A stretch of 64,000 nt of DNA, taken from Acidobacteriota bacterium (GTDB lineage: Bacteria > Actinomycetota > Acidimicrobiia > Acidimicrobiales > RAAP-2). Below, in pieces: positions 8,856 to 16,306 of this stretch; the stretch's first letter is position 1; every line of letters begins with the position of its first letter. The notes under the pieces were generated by a model. That model saw only the letters and a program-made list of their open reading frames with translations. It was not told where the DNA came from and made no database searches. The position numbers and the translations under genes were made by a program. Where the stretch lies: the NCBI GenBank assembly GCA_018970215.1, contig JAGWWX010000003.1, positions 4,668 to 68,667 of the forward strand, in the 5' to 3' direction.

Positions 8856-10550
8856 GTGCGCATTGCCATGCTCCAAATCAACCCTGTTGTGGGTGATTTG
8901 GTGGCTAACTCCACCGCCCTCCTTGAAGGCTACGAACAGGCGATTCGTCTTGGAGCGGTCTGCGTCGTCAGCCCGGAACTGGCCCTTTCCGGCTATCCAC
9001 CCGAGGACTTGCTCCTCAAGGACGGGTTTATCTCCGATATTCACGACCACCTCGTTGCCATCGCGGCACGAGTGGGGCCGGTGCCTTTTTTAGTCGGCGC
9101 TCCATTAGAGGCGGGGGTTGATGTTACGTTGGCTCCCCCTACCGACGCGCGACGAGTGTCGCAAGTGGCGGTGCCTACTCGCTCCACCGCACTCGGAAAC
9201 TGCGTGGCGGTCTTACGCGACGGTCGCATCGAGGACGTGGCGGTGAAGCGACTGCTACCGAACTATGACGTTTTTGATGAGCAGCGCTACTTCCAACCCG
9301 GTGTCGGCGATCCCACGATTATCTCCGTGGGATCCGAACGGGTCGCCGTTGTGGTCTGTGAAGATGCGTGGGTGAGTGATGGTCCACTCTCTTTGGTGGG
9401 TGACGTTGACGTAGTGGTGTCCGCCAACGCGTCGCCCTATGTTCGAGGTCGCCAGAGTGAACGCGAAGCAATAGCCGCCCAACGTGCACGCGAGACCAAT
9501 GCGTACTTTCTCTCGGTGAATGCCGTTGGTGGGCAAGACGAACTGGTTTTCGACGGCCAGAGCTTTGCGATGAATCCCTCTGGCGAAGTCATCGCTCGAG
9601 CGGGAGCTCACGTCGAACAGATACTGATGGTCGACACCGACGACACCGCGGCAAATGCCATCGCCATACCCCTCGATCCTCTGGCCGAGGTATATCACGC
9701 GTTAGTTCTCGGCACCCGCGACTACATCCATAAGAACGGTTTTCGATCGGTGATCGTTGCGATTTCGGGTGGTGTGGACTCCGCGCTCGTCGCCGCGATC
9801 GCGACCGACGCCCTCGGACCCGATTGTGTCCGGGGATTCGCCCTGCCGAGCCGCTATTCGTCGGAACACTCGCGCACTGACGCGGCCGACCTCGCTCGTC
9901 GATTGGGACTCACTCTCGAAGAGATTCCTATCGAAGTTGCTCACGTCGCACTGTCGTCCTCCCTCGCCCTCGCGTTAGGTGGCGAGCCGTCGGGTTTAAC
10001 AGATGAAAACCTGCAGTCTCGTATTCGGGGGGTCGTCATGATGGGCATTTCGAATGCCACCGGCGCCGTCGTTCTGACGACCGGCAACAAATCAGAGATG
10101 GCCGTCGGCTATTCCACTCTGTATGGCGACTCTGCGGGCGGCTTCGCCGTCATCAAGGACGTCCAGAAAACTTTGGTCTACGACTTGTGTCGATGGCGCA
10201 ACGACGAAGCTCGCCGAACAGCCGGTGATGAGTTGATTCCACTTTCCATTCTGACGAAGGCACCGTCCGCCGAGTTGCGACCCGATCAACGTGATGATCA
10301 GTCGCTGCCGCCCTACGACGTGCTCGACCCAATTTTGGAGATGTACATCGAGCACGACGCGACGGCGGCGCAAATTGTGGCGGCCGGACACGACGCTGCA
10401 CTCGTGGCACGTATTACTTCGATGGTGGATGCCGCGGAGTACAAACGTCGACAGTCGCCACCTGGTGTTCGTATCACCTCGAAGGCATTCGGAAAAGATA
10501 GGCGGATGCCCATCACGAACCGTTATCGCGGCCTTGAGGGTGCGAAATGA
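8856..10550 (+). CDS. nadE: Glutamine-dependent NAD+ synthetase
   Basis: N-terminal nitrilase domain (SPEL..SGYPPEDLL, K.LLPNYDVFDEQRYF, VCEDAW) plus SGGVDSA, ENLQSRIRG, TTGNKSE and PSAELRPDQ.D motifs. Confidence 0.96.
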   Translation: MRIAMLQINPVVGDLVANSTALLEGYEQAIRLGAVCVVSPELALSGYPPEDLLLKDGFISDIHDHLVAIAARVGPVPFLVGAPLEAGVDVTLAPPTDARRVSQVAVPTRSTALGNCVAVLRDGRIEDVAVKRLLPNYDVFDEQRYFQPGVGDPTIISVGSERVAVVVCEDAWVSDGPLSLVGDVDVVVSANASPYVRGRQSEREAIAAQRARETNAYFLSVNAVGGQDELVFDGQSFAMNPSGEVIARAGAHVEQILMVDTDDTAANAIAIPLDPLAEVYHALVLGTRDYIHKNGFRSVIVAISGGVDSALVAAIATDALGPDCVRGFALPSRYSSEHSRTDAADLARRLGLTLEEIPIEVAHVALSSSLALALGGEPSGLTDENLQSRIRGVVMMGISNATGAVVLTTGNKSEMAVGYSTLYGDSAGGFAVIKDVQKTLVYDLCRWRNDEARRTAGDELIPLSILTKAPSAELRPDQRDDQSLPPYDVLDPILEMYIEHDATAAQIVAAGHDAALVARITSMVDAAEYKRRQSPPGVRITSKAFGKDRRMPITNRYRGLEGAK

Positions 10551-11053
10551 TGGAGTTCGATATTCACAGCAACGAGGATCAGGCGAGGCGGATCGAAGGG
10601 TGTTTCACGGCGCTGTACGACGTTATTGGTCGACGGTGCCGCGAAGTCAATGACGACGGCAACACCATTGCACTCCACGGTATTGCCCGTGAGTGTGGCG
10701 AGTGGGCAGCTCGGTTCCGTGATCTCGGTCCGCATCGCGCCGGGGCACCTCGGAATGACGCGACTCCGAATGCGAGTGTGACGGAACTGCTGGAGGATGC
10801 ATTCACGCGTGACGCGTCAGGCTCGCTTGTCCTCTACGCACTGGTTGTTGAGATTCTCCCTCCTTTGCTGATTGTCTTGCGAGATACAACAATGTCGATT
10901 TCTCCTCCAACTCGCGTGGGGCAACGCGCGAGTGAAGCAGCAAGCTTTCTCGTTGCGACACTGCATTCCCTCACCTCGTTGCTCCGCGATCGATCGCCCT
11001 CCTTGCATCTGGAGGAGTTTGCGGCCCAATCAAGAGATAAATTTCACATTTGA
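10547..11053 (+). CDS. Hypothetical helical protein (possibly ferritin-like fold), coupled to nadE
   Basis: ATGA overlap with nadE; 168-aa ORF with no recognised motif. Confidence 0.55.
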   Translation: MMEFDIHSNEDQARRIEGCFTALYDVIGRRCREVNDDGNTIALHGIARECGEWAARFRDLGPHRAGAPRNDATPNASVTELLEDAFTRDASGSLVLYALVVEILPPLLIVLRDTTMSISPPTRVGQRASEAASFLVATLHSLTSLLRDRSPSLHLEEFAAQSRDKFHI

Positions 11054-11061
11054 GGGAGTTG

Positions 11062-11085
11062 ATTTCGGTCGGAATGGACCGAAAT
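11062..11085. terminator. Hairpin after the nadE operon
   Basis: ATTTCGGTC-ggaatg-GACCGAAAT, a 9-bp stem 8 bp after the stop. There is no U-tract. Confidence 0.45.
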
Positions 11086-11456
11086 GATCGCACGATGTTG
11101 GCGAGCTCACCCCTATACTCGTATCCCACTCTCGGGGGGTCGAGAGGATGTCGGAATGGAGTTAAGCAGTGCAAAGTCCCTATTTTTCAGGGTTTTTGGT
11201 CATGCGGGGGGTCGCAGTGGCTCCGCATGGGAGTCGTCGTGTTACACCCGGCTGTCAGAGTAATAAAGGCATGAACAGCATCACCTCCTTCCTCATAAGA
11301 GGCAACTTCAACAGGGCCGCATAAACGTTTATCCGGGCGTGTCCCCGTCGACGCATCGAGTCGGCACGACATCTCGATGCCGCAGTCTTTGGAACTGCAT
11401 ATGCATAGCGCCGTAAGGCGCACCCTAGGAAGTTTTGTGAAGAAATGAGGAAGTAA

Positions 11457-12287
11457 ATGAGTACCGGAGAGAACAAATACTCACGGACGTCAACGAATGA
11501 CTGGACACTGCTGGCGCGGTTGCCACTGTTGAACCAGTTCGAAGAGTACGACCTTGGCGTAACTATCCAAGACGGATTCGCCGCCGAGAAGGAGTTGGCG
11601 AGCAACTCGGACTTGTCGGCGAAGGAGAAGCGTCGCTTGCGGCGGGCCGTGGAAGACGGTGTGCTCGCGCGGCGGACGTTGTTTGAGCACAACGTACTTC
11701 TGGGAGTGAATGAGGCGCACAAAACGCGGGGCGGTACCCTCACGGAGCGTGAGAACTATGCCGTGGAAGGTGTGTGGCGGGCCACTGAAACGTTCGATCC
11801 CGCGCGGGGCACACGCTTTTCAACGTACGCCACGCCGTGGATTCGTAACTATGTGAATCGTGGCACCGGGGCGGATCGACTGATCTATCTGCCCGAAGAG
11901 GTGCAGTTGGAGGCCAAGCGAATGTACGGCTACATGGCGGAATTCGTTTCGGTACATCACCGTGAAGCCACGTACGCAGAGGTTGCCGATGGCTTGGGCG
12001 TTTCAATCTCTCGCGTCAATGAGGTATTGCGCGTGGCTCGCGGTGTCGATTCGCTCGACGTCGTTCGGTCCCCTGATGGTGATCTGACGTTGGGCGACAT
12101 GATTGTGGACGGCAACTACGGCGGATTAGATGCCCTCGAGGACACTCTTGAGGCAGAGGGTCTGCTGGGGGTGACCGCGGCAACCGTCACCGCTCACACG
12201 GTGCACGTCGGTGGTCTGATCCGCCCCATTGACGTGGAGCCTCTCAACCGTCTCCTGCAGTTCTTGGAGAACGGAGGTCAGCAGTGA
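11457..12287 (+). CDS. Sigma-70 family factor, regions 1.2-2-3 only (no region 4)
   Basis: LPLLNQFEEYDLG (1.2), EGVWRATETFDPARGTRFSTYATPWIR (2.2-2.4), LIYLP..REATYAEVADGLG (3) and SLD..LTLGDMI (3.2). GAGGA RBS. Confidence 0.85.
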   Translation: MSTGENKYSRTSTNDWTLLARLPLLNQFEEYDLGVTIQDGFAAEKELASNSDLSAKEKRRLRRAVEDGVLARRTLFEHNVLLGVNEAHKTRGGTLTERENYAVEGVWRATETFDPARGTRFSTYATPWIRNYVNRGTGADRLIYLPEEVQLEAKRMYGYMAEFVSVHHREATYAEVADGLGVSISRVNEVLRVARGVDSLDVVRSPDGDLTLGDMIVDGNYGGLDALEDTLEAEGLLGVTAATVTAHTVHVGGLIRPIDVEPLNRLLQFLENGGQQ

Positions 12288-12469
12288 GCGAACGGCGCCG
12301 ACACCTTTCTGCGGAGGCCTCCGCATTCTTGGCGGCCCGCTTTGGGACCGTAACGGGCGTTCCTCTGACGCTCGAGGAGCTCGCCAACATCATGGGAACA
12401 ACGCGAGAGCACGTCAGGGTTCTGGAACGACGCTTCCTTCGTGAAGCACAAGAGATCGCCGCGTCATAG
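12284..12469 (+). CDS. Stand-alone sigma-70 region 4 (HTH) polypeptide, 61 aa
   Basis: LSAEASAFLAARFG..GVPLTLEELANIMGTTREHVRVLERRFLR matches region 4.1-4.2. It has its own GGAGG-N6-GTG start, overlapping the upstream TGA (GTGA). Confidence 0.8.
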   Translation: MSERRRHLSAEASAFLAARFGTVTGVPLTLEELANIMGTTREHVRVLERRFLREAQEIAAS

Positions 12470-12481
12470 GCGTGTGGAAGG

Positions 12482-12517
12482 GTCGTTCATCGGTGCATTT
12501 ATCCACCGATGAACGAC
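12482..12517. terminator. 14-bp stem hairpin between the two sigma genes
   Basis: GTCGTTCATCGGTG-catttatc-CACCGATGAACGAC. Confidence 0.6.
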
Positions 12518-12572
12518 TGCTACCGCCTATCGAACGAAACGGGGCGGAAAACGGGTAGAACAACTAGGGATT

Positions 12573-14060
12573 TTGAAAGAGGGGACCTTCTACGTGGTGA
12601 AGGATCGCATAGACCGCGACGATGAGGACGGCGTACGTACGTATCTCACGGGCATCGGTCAATACAACCTGCTGAATAAAGAAGGCGAAGTCAAACTCGC
12701 CAAGCTGCACGGCTACGGCAAGTTGGCGACTGAACTCTTGACACTCGCAACCGAGAAAGGCGCGCTCGACGCGCTCACGCCAGAGTCGCAGATTACGTTG
12801 TCGGAAATCGTCGAAGATCTTGAAGTGACGGAGTCTCTCGATGGACGAACCAACACATCATCATTCGACTATGCGGTCTACGAAATTCCGAGTTCTCTCC
12901 ATACCACGATGCGAAACTTCGCCGGCAAGCTCGAGTTAGTGAAGAAGGGCAAAGCGGTATCAAAGGATGCGCGCACCGTCAAGCTCACGCCCCGTGAAGT
13001 CATTCCCATGAAGCGATTAAAAGTTCGAGGCGAAGAAGCACAGGAAGAGTTCGTCACTTCCAACCTCCGACTCGTGGTGTCAATTGCCAAGAAGTATCAG
13101 GCGTCGGGTCTGCCGCTCCAGGACCTTATCCAAGAGGGCAACTTCGGTCTGATGCACGCCGTTGAAAAATTTGACTACCGCAAGGGCTTTAAGTTCTCGA
13201 CCTACGCCACGTGGTGGATCCGCCAGTCGATCACTCGTGGTATCGCGAATACGGGTCGCACAATTCGCCTTCCCGTTCACGCGGGCGACACGCTCGCACG
13301 GGTACAAAAAGCGAAGAACCGACTGGAAATCAACTTGGGTCGTCCGCCCACACTCGTGGAACTGTGTTGGGAAACCGACATGAATGATTGGACGCCGGAG
13401 AAGAAACGCCAAGAAGCTGAGAAGGCCAAAGCTGAGAAGAAGGAAAAAGCGGCCAAAAAACTCGAAGGTGATGACGACGTCTCTGCGCCATCTGCGAAAT
13501 CTGCAAATAAGCGTTTTTGTCCACGTAGCCCGTGGGACCGAGGCTCCACGTACGAGGTCGGCGAAATCGTGTCGTATAAGCAGGTCTTTTACATCGCCGT
13601 TAGCGATACGACCGGCGACGAACCTCAAGGTGATAGCAAGGACAAGTCGTGGGCGAAGTATGAAGACCGCGGCGAAATCTGCGGTAACAAGTGCAAGGCT
13701 CTCAAAGATGCGCTGACGTACGCCAATGATCCCGTTTCGCTGTCTGAACCTCTGCGTGAAGACGGAGACGCCGAGCTCGGTGATGTCATTGAAGATCGCT
13801 CGGTGGTCTCACCAAGCGACGTGGCTGCGGAAAGCCTGATCCCGGGTGAAATCAAGCGAGGTCTGACGGTCCTGGAAGACCGCGAGCGTGAGATTTTGAT
13901 CAAGCGATACGGCTTAAACGGAGGCCGCCCGCTGACACTCGAAGAAGTGGGCGAGCAGATGGAGTTAACGCGTGAACGGATTCGCCAGATTGAATCACGC
14001 GCAATGAGCAAGCTGCGTCACCCCGCCGTTGATATGGGCTGGCGAGATCTCTTGAACTAG
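12573..14060 (+). CDS. RpoD/HrdB-like sigma-70 factor with an enlarged non-conserved region and a CBM5/12-like insertion in region 3
   Basis: DGVRTYL..IG..NLL (1.2), [46 protein letters not shown] (2), TLEEVG...[19 protein letters not shown] (4). The start may instead be GTG 12594 or 12597. Confidence 0.92.
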   Translation: MKEGTFYVVKDRIDRDDEDGVRTYLTGIGQYNLLNKEGEVKLAKLHGYGKLATELLTLATEKGALDALTPESQITLSEIVEDLEVTESLDGRTNTSSFDYAVYEIPSSLHTTMRNFAGKLELVKKGKAVSKDARTVKLTPREVIPMKRLKVRGEEAQEEFVTSNLRLVVSIAKKYQASGLPLQDLIQEGNFGLMHAVEKFDYRKGFKFSTYATWWIRQSITRGIANTGRTIRLPVHAGDTLARVQKAKNRLEINLGRPPTLVELCWETDMNDWTPEKKRQEAEKAKAEKKEKAAKKLEGDDDVSAPSAKSANKRFCPRSPWDRGSTYEVGEIVSYKQVFYIAVSDTTGDEPQGDSKDKSWAKYEDRGEICGNKCKALKDALTYANDPVSLSEPLREDGDAELGDVIEDRSVVSPSDVAAESLIPGEIKRGLTVLEDREREILIKRYGLNGGRPLTLEEVGEQMELTRERIRQIESRAMSKLRHPAVDMGWRDLLN

Positions 14061-14830
14061 AGCCCGCGACGGCGCCGAGTACGCCGACCGGCGACAGCCA
14101 AGACGGCCAACACCATCGCGCCGACGAGGTATGGCGTGTGAGGCGTGCGTCGGTCGCGTGCCCGTACGGGATGCGAAAATACGAGAGTGGGCCAGCTGTT
14201 CTCTTGGGCGATTCGGGCGAGGGGCCGATCAGGGTTCACGGCAAACGGATGCCCCACGGCACTCAGCATGGCGACGTCCGTTTCGGAGTCGGAGTACGCA
14301 CTTGACGATGCAAGATCGATGTCACGTTCATTCGCAAGGGCCCGTATAGCGACGGCCTTGTTGTCTCCTTGACAGAAAAATTCAAGGCGTCCGGTGTAGC
14401 GACCGCGATCATCAACTTCAGCTCGAGAAGCAATCGCCCCCGTGACACCGATAATGTCCGCGAACGGCTCCACAATTTCCGCTGGCGACGAGCTCACAAT
14501 CCAGACTTCGTCCCCGGCGGCGAGGTGGTGATCAATGAGTTCGAGCGCTTCACGGTAAATGAGCGGCTCAATTACTTCGGCCAAAGTTTCCGTGACGAGG
14601 GCCCGGACTTCGTGGCGGTCCCAACCTTTCGCGATGGCCAACATCTGCTCGCGAAATTTCTCCATTTTGTTGTGGTCGGCACCGAACCACAAGAACATGA
14701 GTTGTCCGAAGACGGCACGGGCCAACGTGCGACGCTGGATGAACCCCTTCGCTCGCAATTCCGGCCCGAGAGCGACCACCGACGCTTTCGCGATAACGGT
14801 TTTGTCAAGGTCGAAGAAGGCGGCTCGCAC
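14057..14830 (-). CDS. HAD-IB family hydrolase (SerB-like)
   Basis: [20 protein letters not shown] and AVNPDR motifs, plus a C-terminal TM segment. Confidence 0.88.
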   Translation of the reverse strand: MRAAFFDLDKTVIAKASVVALGPELRAKGFIQRRTLARAVFGQLMFLWFGADHNKMEKFREQMLAIAKGWDRHEVRALVTETLAEVIEPLIYREALELIDHHLAAGDEVWIVSSSPAEIVEPFADIIGVTGAIASRAEVDDRGRYTGRLEFFCQGDNKAVAIRALANERDIDLASSSAYSDSETDVAMLSAVGHPFAVNPDRPLARIAQENSWPTLVFSHPVRARDRRTPHTPYLVGAMVLAVLAVAGRRTRRRRGL

Positions 14831-14856
14831 ACCTGAATGGTAGGGCGTGGGCCTAT

Positions 14857-15534
14857 CTAGTCAGAGGTAAAGATGCCACGGAGGCATTCGCTCTCACCCT
14901 TACGGACGAGCAGGAGAACGTGATCGTGCTCCTGGAAGGTACTCGTGGGTCCGGCGGGAAGTGGCACGTCATCTCGCACAATGGCGACGACCCGAGCCAC
15001 ATCAGGCAAACCAAGTTCGTCGAGGACGCTACCGGACACGATGACGGGGGCGTCCCCGGACAACGTAATTTCAACGAGCTCCATCCGACCCTGCGCGACA
15101 TCAATGAGTGGCACCACACTGCCGACTTCGACAACTTCGTCGACGAGCGAGGTGATCAATGTAGGGATGGAGACCGCAACGTCAACTCCCCAATTTTCGT
15201 TAAAGAGCCAGTTGTTGCGAGAATTGTTGACGCGAGCGATTACTCGGCCAATACCGAATTGACTGCGAGCTAACCAACTGACCACCAGATTGTCTTCGTC
15301 ATCGCCCGTCGCCGCGATCATCACATCGGCGCTTTGAATCCCGGCGCGAGCGAGCGACTTCACTTCACAGGCGTCACACTGCTCAATCTTCACGTTGGGG
15401 GACTGAATGTGCTCGCGGAGTTTGGAGATGGCGTCGCCTGACTGTTCGAGAATAATGATCTCGTGGTTCCGCTCCGCGAGGTCGTTCGCGATGGCGACTC
15501 CGACACTGCCGCCTCCGGCAATCACAATTTTCAT
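14857..15534 (-). CDS. trkA: TrkA family K+ uptake regulator (RCK; CeoC-like)
   Basis: IVIAGGGSVG Rossmann motif, ADVMIAATGDDEDN and IARVNN. Confidence 0.9.
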   Translation of the reverse strand: MKIVIAGGGSVGVAIANDLAERNHEIIILEQSGDAISKLREHIQSPNVKIEQCDACEVKSLARAGIQSADVMIAATGDDEDNLVVSWLARSQFGIGRVIARVNNSRNNWLFNENWGVDVAVSIPTLITSLVDEVVEVGSVVPLIDVAQGRMELVEITLSGDAPVIVSGSVLDELGLPDVARVVAIVRDDVPLPAGPTSTFQEHDHVLLLVRKGESECLRGIFTSD

Positions 15535-16187
15535 TTCGACTCAATCCCGAGAACGCTGTTTAACTGACGAGCACCTTCCGGCGTGACGAGGAAGTACACC
15601 TTGTCATCTTCTTGTCCGTAGAGGCCCTCGATATCGAGTCGACCGGTGCCGGCGCGGACGACTCCCACGACACGAATGTCGTTACCAGAGTTCAGTTCAC
15701 TCAAGAGTTGACCGGCGAGGGTGTCGGGCAAGAAGCGTTCGATGAGCGAAAGTTTCCCGGAGTCGGCGGTCCACGCGATTGTCTCGTCTTCGTTCAGGAG
15801 CCAGCGACGTACTTGCATGGTGGCCCACGTCACGGTTGCGACGGTGGGGATGCCGAGGCGCTGGTAGATATCGGCGCGCTGGGGATCGTAGATGCGAGCG
15901 ACGACATTTTTGATATTGAACGTGCCTTGTGCAATGCGGGCGCAGAGAATGTTGGTGTTGTCACCGTTCGTGACTGCCGCAAAGGCGTCAGCGCCGTCGG
16001 CCCCCGCCTGTCGCAAAATGACGCGATCAAACCCGGAGCCGATGACGCGCTGTCCAGTGAAGCTCTGGCCGAGTCGACGAAAAGCGTGGGCGTTCTTGTC
16101 AATGATGACGACGCTGTGGCCATCTTCAGAGAGTTGTGTTGCGAGCTCGCTTCCCACGCGACCACAACCGACGACAACGATATGCAC
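15531..16187 (-). CDS. trkA: TrkA family K+ uptake regulator (RCK; CeoB-like)
   Basis: HIVVVGCGRVG, FAAVTNGDNTNI and VVARIYDPQRA..YQRLGIPTV motifs. Confidence 0.9.
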   Translation of the reverse strand: MHIVVVGCGRVGSELATQLSEDGHSVVIIDKNAHAFRRLGQSFTGQRVIGSGFDRVILRQAGADGADAFAAVTNGDNTNILCARIAQGTFNIKNVVARIYDPQRADIYQRLGIPTVATVTWATMQVRRWLLNEDETIAWTADSGKLSLIERFLPDTLAGQLLSELNSGNDIRVVGVVRAGTGRLDIEGLYGQEDDKVYFLVTPEGARQLNSVLGIESK

Positions 16188-16306
16188 GATGTCTATCTGA
16201 CCACTTCTCCGTGCGAAACGCAAGTTTCCCCGTCGCACAAATATTTCGCCCTAACCTGTGCTTCGTGGATAAAGCCGGAGAGCAGATAGTTCGTAACTCT
16301 CCGGTA

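Noticed and set aside
11255-11300. Minus-strand AAGGAGGTGAT followed by a tiny ORF (M)LFMPLLL as a Leu attenuator or type I toxin
   Set aside because: No minus-strand gene lies downstream to attenuate, and the peptide is too short for a toxin. Kept only as part of the structured-region finding.
12233-12290. Programmed -1 frameshift joining the two sigma halves
   Set aside because: No X_XXY_YYZ slippery heptamer before the TGA. ORF2 has its own strong RBS, and the fused spacing would be abnormal.
13365-13694. Intein in the sigma factor (the insert starts at a Cys and ends near Asn-Lys-Cys)
   Set aside because: No HINT block B (TxxH) or block F/G motifs, no terminal His-Asn followed by C/S/T, and too short once the CBM-like part is counted
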